Shown one piece after another: positions 28,320 to 44,947 of a stretch of 64,000 nt of DNA. The DNA comes from the human T2T-CHM13v2.0 reference genome, Homo sapiens. Both the position numbers and the translations under genes were made by a program. Positions within the stretch are counted from its first letter, which is position 1. Each line of letters begins with the position of its first letter. The notes under the pieces were generated by a model. That model did not search any database and was not told the DNA's origin. It saw only the letters and a list, made by a program, of their open reading frames with translations. The stretch is taken from the NCBI RefSeq assembly GCF_009914755.1, contig NC_060944.1, one strand, 5' to 3'.

Positions 28320-30010
28320 ATGCAAATCGAAACCACACATGTGATACCACATGGCTCCTGCTAGGATGGCTAGGATGGGCTACTGTCTGTCAAAAGACAA
28401 AAAATAACAAGAGTCAGGGAAGACGTGGAGAAACCTTATATATGTGGAGAAACCTTATATACGACTGGGAGGAATATAAAAGGGTGCAGCCACTTTGGAA
28501 AATGTTACCATATAACCCAGCAATTCCATTCCTAGGTACACACCCAAGAGAAATTAAAACACATCCCGGCGGGGCGAGGAGGCTCACGCCTGTAATCCCA
28601 GCACTTTGGGAGGCCGAGGCTGGAGGATCACCTGAGGTCAGGAGTTCAAGACCAGCCTGGACAACATGGCGAAACCCCATCTCCACTAAAAATACAAAAA
28701 CAATTAGCCAGTGTGGTGGCACATGCCTGTAGTCCCAGCTACTTGAGGGACTGAGGTTACAGTAATCCGAGATCACACCACTGCACTCCAGCCCACCAGT
28801 CTAGGTGACAGAGCGAGACTTTGTCAAGAAGAAAAGAAAGAAAGAGAGAGAGACAGAGAAAGAGAGAGAGAGAGAAAGAAAGAAAGAGAATGAAAGAGAG
28901 AGATAAAGAAAGAGAGAAAACGCATATCCACACAAAAACTTGTATGCAACTGTTCACAGCAGCATTAATCATAATAGCTAAAAAGTGGCCAGGCACAGTG
29001 GCTCACGCCTGTAATCCCAGCGCTTTGGGAGGCTGAGGTGGGTGGATCACTTCAGGGCCAGGAGTTTGAGACCAGCCTGGCCAACTTGGTGAAACCTCCA
29101 TCTCTAGTAAAAATACAAAAATTAGCTGGGCATGGTGGCGGGTGCCTGCAGTCCCAGCTACACAGGAGGCTGAGGCAGGAGAATCACTTGAACCTGGGAG
29201 GCGGAGGATGCACTGAGCCGAGATAGTGTCACTGCACTTCAGCCTGGGTGACACAGAGACTCCGTCTCAAAACAAAAAAAAAGCTAAGGAGTGGAAACAA
29301 CCCAAAAGTCCATCAACCGATTAACAGATAAATAATATGTGGTATACACATACAATGGAATATTAATGCGCAATATGAGCAGTCACAGTGAGATTCCATT
29401 TATATGACAGGTCTACAGTAGGCAAATTTTTAGAGACAGAAAACAGGTTAGTGGTTGGTAGTGCTATGGTTTGAATGTTTTTGTCCCCTCCAAAACTAAA
29501 TTAAAATTTAATCCCCAATGCAACAGTGTTGGGAGGTAGGGCCTACTGGGAGGTGTTTAGGTCATGAGCCCTCTGCTCTCATGAATGTATTAAGGCCACT
29601 AATAAAAGAGCTTGTGAAAGGGAGGTTCCATTTTCTCTGGTTCTCTTCTACCATGTGAAGACAAAGCAAGAAGGCCCTCACCAGATACCAGACGCTGGTG
29701 CCTTGATCTTAGACTTTCCAGCCCCCAAAAACTGTGAGAAATACATTTCTGTTCTTATACATTACCCAGGCTAAGGTTATTGTGTTACAGCAGCGCAAAG
29801 CAGGCAAAGACATCTAGAGGTGGGAGTGTTGGGGAAAAGCAGGGAGGTGAGGGAAAATGACAGCTAAATGGTACAGGGTTTCTTTCTGGGGTGATGAAGA
29901 TGTTCTAAAACTGCTGTGGTTGCATAGCCCTGTGAATAGGCTAAAAACCTCTGAATTGTACATTTTAAATCAGTGAATTGTACGGTATGTGTATTAAATC
30001 TCAATAAAAC
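28320..30010 (+). mobile_element. Old L1M 3' fragment interrupted by two Alus (about 28568-28920, 28987-29281) and a MaLR LTR (about 29463-29811)
   Basis: CCCAGCAATTCCATTCCTAGG, TTCACAGCAGCATT, end TTAAATCTCAATAAA. LTR starts TGCTATGGTTTGAATG. Confidence 0.78.
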
Positions 30011-32294
30011 CTCCTCCCCAACACACACAAAAAAAATCAAAAAAACAAACAAAAACCTTTGGGGACTATGTTACACAGTGAAAGATAGAATGGCAACAAG
30101 CCATACCAAAAATGAAGTGTCAGAATAAGCTACAGCTTTCTCTCACACCTTCATGTCCCTTTCCCTCCACTTCAAATCTACACATTAAAAAAAAAGAAAA
30201 ACAGCTAATAAGTTTCCTAAATGGAAAATTCCTCACATGAAAACATTCTCAACCTTAGCCATACCTCCCTTGGCGTAAAGTCTTGCTACTTTCTTGGGTC
30301 TTGTTTTTCTAAAGAGTACTGGGAATCTTGAACTGTAATTATAGTTCAATCATTCTTATTAAAGGTTTCTAAATAAAACTAGCTTAATTAAAATGTACTT
30401 TATCCACTTATTTTCAGAGACAGGATACAGCTAGAATTAACAGAGTTCCTACATTATTCTAGGTTTTATGCTAGATATTTCCATATATGTTATGTCATTT
30501 TCATTATTACAACCATGAAAGACACTATCTCTATTTTACTGAAGAGAAAATGGCATCTAGAGGACAATGGCTTATCCAAGGCTACCCAGCCAAGGTCAGT
30601 AGTGTACCTGACACTTGACTTCAAGTTCAGTGACCTTTGAACTTTGCTAAACCATGAGATCCTCATGTCTCCTGAAACAGAATTGCCAGAGGTAGCCTCA
30701 CTTTAAAAACCCATTTGTCATAAACCGACCATAACTTTAAAACTTCCTGAAAAAAGGTACTTTTGAAATTACACCGGATGCTTATTTTGTTTTATGTGAA
30801 AGTTAATTTTTTGTAAATTTTATGGACAAGTATTCAGAATTTGCATTCAAAGTAACAACTGTTATCCAGAGGTCTCACAGTGAGGCAGAAGATCCTTGGA
30901 AAAAATATTCTGTGGGGAATCCATATTACGCAGCAACATAAGTTAAACACTTAGCACTCAATTGACATTAAGAAGCTAAACTGAGCTAAATTAACTATTT
31001 TTTTGTATTACAGGAATCTGACTTGGAAGAAGAAAACATTTTCCCCACCGTGAAAGAAAACACTGCCCAGCTAGCACAAAAACCACTGCCACCTGGCTGG
31101 CCCAGGTGAACCACCCTTGCATTCCAGAGGCAAGGCAGACTCTCTTCTTCTTGACCGTACTTATTCAGGAAATATTTACTGAGATCCATATGTGCCAGAA
31201 AACACTAAGGAAATAAACTTCTTGCCCACAAGGAGGTCACGACACTGAGGAAAGAATATCAAGCTTCACGGCCAGAAGGGTCTGAGAAAAAGCCTATCAA
31301 TTCCCCATGTTCCCCTGAGGAAACATTGTCAAAGCCACAAATGTCCCACCAGGAGCCAGTGAACAGCAGAGCTGTGAAAACCAATTCATCTTCAAATAAT
31401 CTAAAATCTTGATTTCCCCCATCCTGAATAATAACTATTGCAGAGCATTGTAAAACTATGACAACTATAGTCCGTACTATTTTAAAACTGTGGGTGGGAG
31501 GAAGGAGACATCGTAGAATTGTGAGAACTAATGACACACACATCATGAGATGTACCTCAAAGAAAAAGGCTGACAACTCCTGAGATAGAAATAAAGTTGC
31601 CTCTAAAATCACAAGATATTAGAGTAGAAATACCACAAAAAGTGACAGTGACAGTACTATGAAGATAAGCATGTAGAACCAGAGGCAAAATTCAGCTCTA
31701 ACATCAGGATGCCATGAAGGGGTGTGTCAAGCCACCCCAAAAGACTGAAAAGGGACTTGCCCAGTGTGGGGAGCCTGGGGGGATCCCCACAAAGCATGGT
31801 ACCTCCTTCTTCTCATTATTTACCAGCAGTATCTCCTTAGCCACTAGACTGATGCTCTGGGGAAGAGGAAGCAGCACAGGGCCTGGCACACAGGCCACAA
31901 TAACAAGGCTGATGCTTAGTGTCTGGATGGAACAAACTGTCCACATTCATTTTTTAAGGTTTCCCATGTATGCCTCAAAATAATAAGCAAATGTAGAAAG
32001 AATCCAGAAGAGAGGAAAATTCAAAATCTGTCTGAACGTGCCTCTGCCATACACAACTACTCTGTGATATTATAGGCTCTATAAACAATTTATTTCCACC
32101 TGATGCTTCACTTCTGGAAACTCCACAGATTCTAAAAACTTGGGGCTTTCCTAGGTAAACTTAACCCTTCCAAGATTACTTTATTTCAGTGCTTAATATA
32201 TTTTAAAACAGTACAAATCTTTTATGTGATGCAAAAGTAGAGATTTCTTCCGTGGAGGAGATGCAGAGGCCCCAGAAGGACACAAAACAACTGG

Positions 32295-32455
32295 AAGAGA
32301 TATTTTTACATGTTCTCAACACAAAGAAATGATAAATGTATGAGGTGATGAGTATGCTAACTATCCTGATTTGATCATTATACAACACAGACGTATATCA
32401 AAAAATCAAACTGTACCCCATCAATATATGCAATACAATGTGTCAATTAAAAACT
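32295..32455 (+). mobile_element. L1MA-like 3' end fragment
   Basis: CAACACAAAGAAATGATAAATG...GATTTGATCATT...GTCAATTAAAAA. Confidence 0.7.
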
Positions 32456-33967
32456 ATTTTTTTAAAAAGGTAGGAGGGAGATACTCTCCAGAATGCTAAT
32501 TTGAATTCTTACAGCAAAAGGCAGCATTTAAATGTTTCACTGTTCTTTTATAAATCGGTAATGCAGAAGCCCAAGGTATGGTGGAAAGGCCCAGGGCATG
32601 GGCTTGAGTCAGACCACCTACAAATGAACAGTATCATTTATTTACCAGCCTCCAGTTCCCTGGAGCAGCCAGGCCTGTCTTGGCCTTGGAGAGAAAGAAA
32701 AATTCCACCAAGCCAGCTAGCACTGTACCAGTAAGGGGAGCGCTGTCTCAGTGGCCTTGAGCTTTTGGAATCAATTTTCTAAGAACTTTTCAGTTTACTT
32801 CTGCTTAATTAAGGACAAAAATCATAGATTCTCAAACAGAGAAAATAATCAGAGACATTTAAGGCCTGTGACCAAAGTATTTGTGTTTAAGCACAATTTC
32901 CTGAAATAAAGCTTATGAGAACAAGTATAACAAAGAAAACTAGTTAGACTTTATTTTGACAATAGTTTTCTAATGCCTCAACTTTATATGGGGAGTAGTC
33001 ATCTTTATAGAGAAGAAATAGGTATACACTGGACCTATTTATAAAACAAAACAAACATATTTAAATACTTAAGAAAGATAATGGTAACTGCTAGATTAAT
33101 TCAGAAATGACTGTTACATACAACCTGATTTACCAAGAGCAGTTTTTAAATTGAATTTCAGTCTTTATAAAAATTTAAGCTGAATTTCAGTCTTCAGAAA
33201 ATACTGATGAGACATGTGATTCCCAAAAAATCATGGTGGCTGCTTAGATAAATATATCCACACATCCTCCAAAAACCTTATAGATCAACAAAAAGCATAC
33301 ACAACCACCCATAATCCGTGCCTACAGCAAAAGGAGGCAGTATTCAGCAAGCCTCCATTAAATATAATTTAGGAAATAAAAAATCCAAAACTACCAGAGC
33401 TAGCAACACTGCCTCTGCTGCCAGTCAGAGGGGCGTCTGTCGACAGGAGAGGGGAGTTTAACCTGGCAATCATTGTCCAGGGAAGAACTCTCAGCAAGGA
33501 AGTGCCCTACCAGGGTGGGCAAACACCCCAGACCAGGTGGAAGACCTGGCAGGTTAGAGCACTGCAGTTGGGAACTGAATAGAAGGGCTTTGCCACAGGC
33601 TGCAGTTTCCAGAAGACACTGCTTCTGGGAGAAGGCAACTTAGAAGGTGGGGGCAGCTCTATGGAGGTTTGGCAGTGAAAGGAAAGAAGGCAAGTGATGG
33701 AAATACGTTCTTGAAACAAAAGAGTATCACAGAATTAGAAGTCACACAAACCTACCCCTCCACAGCACCATTCATTAAAGAAACCGCACTTAACTGTACC
33801 TACACAACGCAGCATTTAAACTAAGAAACCCATGAAGTCACACAAACCGCTCATCTCCTATCACAGAAACACATGCTATTGTGTGTCCAAGAAACTCTGT
33901 GACTCTCTACACTAAACAGAAAGGAGAAACAGCATCCATATGAAGCTACTACATAAGAAAGAAGATC

Positions 33968-34245
33968 CTAAGTGAATTAATGCAGGAACAGAAAACCAAA
34001 TACCGCATGTTTTCACTTATAAGTGGTAGCTAAACACTGGATACCCATGGGCATAAAAATGGCAACCGTAGACACTGGGGACACTAGCGGGGTATGGGGA
34101 GAGAAACAGTTGAAAAACTATTGGGTACTATGCTCAGTATCTGGGTGACAGGATCATCTGTACCCTAAACCTCAGTATCACACAATATACCCAGTTAACA
34201 AACCTGCATATGTACCCCCTGACTCTAAAATAAAAGTTGTAAAAA
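33968..34245 (+). mobile_element. L1PA/PB (old primate) 3' end fragment
   Basis: CAGAAAACCAAATACCGCATG...AACAAACCTGCATATGTACCCC...TAAAATAAAAGTT. Confidence 0.8.
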
Positions 34246-34249
34246 AGGA

Positions 34250-38140
<3,891 letters not shown>

Positions 38141-38861
38141 CAAGGAAGTATTGACTTATTAGATTTTGTTATTACTTATAAGTTCCACTTAAATACAGAA
38201 ATAGTTAACATTCTGAAACTCTACTTCCAAGTTTCCTTACTGTGAACTTTATTAGTCACTGAAAATTCTTTGAAGGTACAAAAGCTTTACTGATTTTATA
38301 ACCAATCAGATAAACACAATGTGAAAATCTAAGAAGAGTATATGAAGTCTGTAACTAGGGTGATTCTGTGTCCTCATTGCATAGATATGCTTGACTTGTA
38401 CCCATTTTATTAGTATCTCAAAAATATCACAATTTGGACAATATATTCTCTTTGACTCCATAACTCACAAAAATAGAAAAATATATTAAAAAAATTTTAA
38501 GTATAATATTTTGATTAGCTTAATTATTCAGCATTAATTCATACATGAATTAAGATTTAAATATGCTGTTTATATATAAAAGGTAATAGAGATTGAGACA
38601 TAACTAAGTAAAATGAGGAGGTAAAGGGGAAAATGTAAGACCATGTAAGTTATAATAAATTTTTCATCATTTTTAGCAAAATCAACAGATACTGTCTGAA
38701 AATCAAGATATCAGGAAGTAGAAGTGCTCTAAAATTATTTAGAAATATGGTGGTAACCATCAGAAAAACTAATGAGAAAGTTAAAAATGGTTGCTTCTTG
38801 GGAGTGAGATTACGTAAAAAGAAGACTCAGAGAACTTTACTTTTCAACTGAAAACTCTCTG

Positions 38862-39150
38862 CGCTGGGCACGGTGGCTCATGCCTGTAATTCCAGCACTT
38901 TGGGAGGCCGAGGTGGACGGATCATGAGGTCAGAAGTTCAAGACCAGCCTGGCCAACATGGTGAAACCCTGTCTCTACTAAAAATACAAAAATTAGCTGG
39001 GTGTGGTGGCACCCATCTGTAATCCAAGCTACTCAGGAGACTGAGGCAGCAGAATCACTTGAACCCAGGAGGCAGAGGTTGCAGTGAGCCAAGATCATGC
39101 CACTGCACTCCAGCCTGGGCAACAGAGCAAGACTCCATTTCAAAAAAAAA
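38862..39150 (+). mobile_element. Alu (AluSg-like)
   Basis: TSD AAACTCTCTG on both sides. Confidence 0.92.
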
Positions 39151-39227
39151 GGAAACTCTCTGTACTCCTTGTACTTTTCTACCGTGTACAGCTACAATGT
39201 TTATAATAAGCAAATATTTAAATAAAA

Positions 39228-39535
39228 TGCCTAGTACAGTGGCTAACACCTGTAATCGCAGCACTTTGGGAGGCTGAGGTCAGCAGAGCAGATCGCTTGA
39301 GTCCCGGAGTTGGAGACAAGCCTGGGCAACATAGCAAGACCCTGTCTCTACAAAAAATACAAAATTAGTCAGGCATGGTAGTGCATGCCTGTAGTCCTAG
39401 CTACTTGGGAGGCTGAGGTGGGAGGATCTCTTGAGCTCAGGAGGTCAAGGTTGAAGTGAGCAGATATCTCGCCACTGCCTTCCAGCCTAGGCAACAGAGT
39501 GAGAGCTCGTCTCAAAAAAATAAATACATAAATAA
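39228..39535 (+). mobile_element. Alu (AluJ-like)
   Basis: Full Alu. Confidence 0.9.
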
Positions 39536-40608
39536 AACGGAAGAAAGCGACTTAAACTCTCCTTTACTTGGTATAGCTTTGCTCTTGAAAACTAGGTAAG
39601 AATAAAAGAAAAAACATCAGCATTTGTATTAGCATTAATACATTCATTCTCTCCACCAATATTTACCACGTGCCTAACGCATGCCTCAGGCTGGGTGAGG
39701 TGTTAGCCACAGCAACAAAACAGGCAGACTTCCAAGGAGCCACATATGATTACTGGCCCTCCCTCTCTCCAGAGTAACTGCACCTCACAGAGCTCACAAG
39801 AATGAAAGAATATGTGGAGAAAACTGCAAAAATGCAACAAGAAAAAGGCCAGTCTGGTAACAGTTTATCATTTGATACCAAGCTGTAACAACCTAAAATC
39901 AGAAAACCAAACAATTATAATAAAGTTATATAGCTCTGTGCAACTGAATAAGCATTCTGACCTCATTCAATCCTTAACAATCGTGAAAAACAGATTCTGT
40001 CTCTCTGCCCATCTGAAAACTAAAAAAAACAAGTTCTGAGTATGATTTACTTGACTATAGTCACCAAAATAGTAAATGAGAGAACTTGAGCCTCTACCTG
40101 GTCTCCCCATGAATAATAATATAATTATATTTCTTACGTATATTATATAATTTATAAAAATAATTGTTCAATTTATAATCGATTTCTTTTGAGAAAGATA
40201 CACAAATATACGTATATATTTCTTATACTGTATCACCTGTCTCTGTCAGTAAACCTGAGCCTAATAATTTTTTTAAAAGTTCAATCTGCATTTGAACAAG
40301 AATTGTAACTGAGGAAAACCTAAATGCTTCACCTATGTTATCACATGGCCCCACCATATTTTGGCCAAACTTAAAAGCAATCTTTGTTGAAATAAACACA
40401 AGTGAAGAATACTGATAATTTACAGTCTACAATGCTTAAGAAATATTCACAATTTTCACAAACAACCAACAAATTATAGATTCATAATTATTTCAAGATA
40501 ACCCAATGGGGCCTTTCATTAAATTTACATTGACATTGCCAAATTTGTAGCTCTTGTGTAAACTCAGACTAAACACTGAAAGGCAAAGGAAGACAGCATT
40601 AACCATAA

Positions 40609-40931
<323 letters not shown>

Positions 40932-42203
40932 TCCACTGTCAGTCTTAAGCACTTTCTTCTATGTGCATTGTGCAGGTTATTCCCAACCGGGTCTCATAGC
41001 AACAAGATGGAGGGGATAGTATTATAAGAGGCTTTTCCAATTCAAAACTATCTTAATGTCAGACTCAGGCCGATTTAAAATCATACCAGTAGTTCATTAA
41101 CATTATAAACTGGAATTTGAAATTAACTACAAAATTCCATAGCTCATCCCTGGCAACAAACTAAAGGACAAGACAACTCCTTTGGAAGTAGTTTTACTAA
41201 ACGTACTATACTACAAACTTGAGAAAAAGTTTTAATTCCACAACTACAAAAGCACATTACTGCTTAACGGGCAATTAAGCAGAAACACAAACCACCACAA
41301 CAGTGGTTTCCTGCAATGTTTGCATCCCTTGTCAGCTCTTTTCCTGGGGAGGAAGGTGGGGATGGGAAAGGAATATTGATACCTTACCTATCAAGCAGAT
41401 AAGGCAGAGGATTTGTGCCTTACACAGAGAAGAAATATTTGACTGACATGTTCTCATAAATACATATGCATATTTTCATCTAATTTTACTGAAAGCAAGA
41501 AACAAAAGCTATAGAATACTACTAAGAATACAGTATTGCCACAAAACCACTGTGAGTGGTAAACACTAGAGAACTCATGACAGGCTTTAATCTGCAGATA
41601 GAGCATTCAGAATGTCTGTGATGTGAAATATCTGCAATATGCCAAGCACCTTTTAATGACTGCCACAACCTGAAAACAGATGGCTTATCCTCTTTAAAGC
41701 ACCAGCTAGTCAGCTCTTAAATATATGAGCTCTGATGATATTCAAGTCAGTATGTGTGTTTTATTAATTTTGTATTACATTAATTCTGGAGTCTGACATA
41801 GAGATGGATTACTCTGCGTTTTAAATAAAGGATTACATGCAGACCTTTAGGAATGAAAATGGTGACATTCTATAGCTAAGAAGGCAGGGGCAGGGTGGAA
41901 TAACATGTATTCCAGTCTAGAAAGGTGATGATACATGCCATCTATAAGGTAGGATTCTAAACATCTAAAATTGATACAGAATCTTAATTGTCCTACTGAC
42001 ACAGGAACACTATGTCTGTTTTCTGGCTTCAGTAATTATACAATATTACTAAACTCCTAAAATTCTAAGTACTCTTCTTCCTGCAAGCTTTCCTGGAGCA
42101 AGTATTACTGGAAATAACAGTCTTCAAAGTATAAATCACACTTGCATGGTACATTAATGGTTAAAGCTCTTTCAGATATTTTATTTCATTAAAAGATCAA
42201 TGA

Positions 42204-42506
42204 GGCTGGGCGTGGTGGCTCACGTCTGTAATCCCAGCACTTTGGGAGGCCAAGGCAGGTGGATCACGAGGTCAGGCATTCGAGACCAGCCTGGCCAACA
42301 CAGTGAAACCCCGTCTCTACTAAAAATACAAAAAAAAAAAAAAAATTAGCCGGGCGTGGTGGCGGGTGGCTGTAATCCCAGCTACTCAGGAGACTGAGGC
42401 AGGAGAATCGCTTGAACCTGGGAGGCGGAGGTTGCAGTTAGTTGACATCCCGCCACTGCAATCCAGCCCGGGTGACAGTGTGAGACTCCGTCTCAAAAAA
42501 AAAAAA
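42204..42506 (+). mobile_element. Alu (AluSg/Sc-like)
   Basis: TSD-like AAAAGATCAATGA / AAAAAATCAATGA. Confidence 0.92.
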
Positions 42507-44319
42507 TCAATGATGCAGTCTACGGCTCTGAAATTCTGGAAAAGTTATCTGTTTGGCCTACTGCTTCTTTGATAAATAACTGGAGCTGATAATTTTGATG
42601 AATATGCTAATTAATATCTCATGGTCACTGTCTCCAACATCCATGGTTCCAAATGTTTTATAAACATAACCTCACTGAACTCCCATAAATTTTGAGATAT
42701 ACTATTATTGTCTCCGTTTTATACACTGGAAACTGAAGCACAGAGAGGCTAAGTAACTTGCCCTAGGTCCCAAAGCTAGATAATAAACCAACCTGTTGTA
42801 CCCAGGTAAGAACTAAGATGCATTAACTTTTGTGTAACTGAGTGTGAATGGTGAAGATTCGTCTTCTTATATGTCCTGTCAATAACATAGGTAGCAACAT
42901 TTAAAAGGGAGATGTTTCTTTAAAAACAAAGGCTTTTCAAAATCCTTTAAGGATTATAAGCTCAAGATTTGGCCTAGTTTCCTAAAAACATCGAAAACCT
43001 CTTTCCCAAAAGGAGTGTTCTCCTGAGACAAGCACCAAGTGCTGTCAAGCTTTTTCCTCTGCCAGTTACAGACTCTCCCACAGGGAAGCACTTCCTGACT
43101 TGAAATAATGTTGTAACATTAAAATAACCTCCTGGCATGAGGTACTATGACATTAAATTTTATTAGAGTGAATTTTAAATGTTTTGTGAATCAAAACATT
43201 TAAAAGGAGTTAGTGTGGCGCTAGCACTTGATGGTACTGTCATAACTTTTAAATGCAAAACAAAACATAATTCATAGCTATATCTCCTACACATCACATG
43301 AGAAATTTAGAAACCAGCTGTGATAAACGTCCTCTGAGAGGTTCCTGAGGACAGGGACCCTTATCTTCTTGCATTTTTGCAGCCTTTATGCATTTCTGCA
43401 GTTATGCGTACTGCATGCAACTTGTCCTTAAGCATTTCCTAAAGACGTATCAATAGCGGTAAAGTATTATAATTTATAGCCAAAAGAATGAAGTTGGCAA
43501 AACAAGCTAAGAGCCCATTATGTCTGTCTTCTGAAATAGAGTCTGAACTGAATGTGTCAGAAATAAAATCGTGTCTAGTCATGCAATGGGTTAAGTATCT
43601 GCTCTTGGTAACAGCAAAGGATCTTTCACTTTCAAAAGAAAACAACGAAACAGGCACACACAAAATTTCTGCCTTTCTCATCCTAAACAGCTGAATCATT
43701 CACATATTCAACAGCCCAGAATTCTTCCGGGCTGTCAGTGCGGGCTCTGCTTTTTGAGAGGTTGGAATTTAAAATCCTCCTTAGGAGAGCACGGAAGAAT
43801 TACAGGAAATTAAAGGGATTCCCAAAGGACGCCTGACTTAAACAGCAGCAGCGTTACCGTTAATCAAACAGGAGGCTCTGGCTATCAATCAATCTCCGGA
43901 GAAGGAAAAATACTATGCTGAGAAAATATATTCGTTCATTAGTCAAGTATTTACTAAAGGTGTACTCGGCGCAAGGCCCCTGGAGAGAGGCCAACAAGCA
44001 CACCAGCTCTGGATCCCTCGCCGGACCGCCCCCTCCCCGGCGGGGCCCACCTGCAGGCGGGACGCCCCCAGGTGCGCGTTCCAGGCGCCGGGGGCGGCCC
44101 CCGCACCCACCCCTCCGGCTCCACCCCGGCGCGCCTCACCCGGACCGGTCTCAGGAGCGATACGGGCTTCAGCGTGGCGAAATGCACCAATACGACTCGC
44201 TACGCACTGAGAAGGGGGCCCCACGCGCGCCCCGAGCTACCGCGCCCGCGGGCCTCAGGGAGCCGCTGACCTTCTAGGTCGTGGGACCCCCGCACCAACC
44301 CGGGCCAGGGCGAGGGGGG

Positions 44320-44760
44320 CGATCTGGGGTCTCCAGAGGGCGCGTGAGGCTGACAGCCCCCCCCCCCAGAGTGTTCTAGGGGCTTCGTGGGGCGCTTGGG
44401 GAGCTCTGGGGGTCCTAGGGGTTCTCTGAAAGGCGCGTGGGGGCTGAGGGTCCCTGTGAGACTCTGGGGATTCTAAGGGGGCGTGTTAGGGGATCCGGAG
44501 AGCGTGTGGGGGCTGAGGAACCCTGGGGAGTTCTGCCGGCCCTAGGGGGTCTCTAAAGTGCGCGTGGGGGCTGAGAGCCCCTGGGAGGATGCGGGGTTTC
44601 CAGGGACCCTGGGGGGGTCTGTGGGGTCTCTGGAGGGCGCGTGCGGACTGAGGGCCCCTGGGCGTCCTGGGGGCTCCAGGGGGCGCTGGGGGACCCTACA
44701 GGATTTCTGGAGGGCGCCTGCAGGCTGAGGGCCCCTAGACGTGGTCTGAGGGCCCCAGAG
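44320..44760 (+). repeat. Degenerate G-rich tandem repeat (about 6 copies of a GGGGTCTCTGGAGGGCGCGTGGGGGCTGAGGGCCCCTG-like core)
   Basis: Core recurs near 44326, 44418, 44490, 44546, 44623 and 44701 with variable spacers. Confidence 0.65.
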
Positions 44761-44849
44761 GTTGCGTGGGGGACTCGGGGGGTCAGCCTGAAAGGAAGGG
44801 GGCCAAGTACGGAGACCCCCCCCCAGGGCACGCACGGTCTGGCGCTCAC

Positions 44850-44947
44850 CCAAACAGCCCTCGGAGGAAGGAGTGGGAGGCCTTGACTCGCTTCTCGGCC
44901 TCCGCCATCAGCTGTACTGCCTCACGCTCCTTCCCCGCGTTGTCCAT
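44850..44947 (-). CDS. NAPB: NAPB exon 1 coding part (98 nt): [32 protein letters not shown](G), beta-soluble NSF attachment protein
   Basis: ATG in good Kozak context (gcgggcgacATGG), donor TTTGG|gtgagc. The 11 exons sum to 897 nt = 298 aa, matching beta-SNAP. Confidence 0.97.

Noticed and set aside
30262-30370. Possible cryptic exon in intron 1 (donor GAG|gtatgg)
   Set aside because: Acceptor ambiguous and weak, so not distinguishable from chance.
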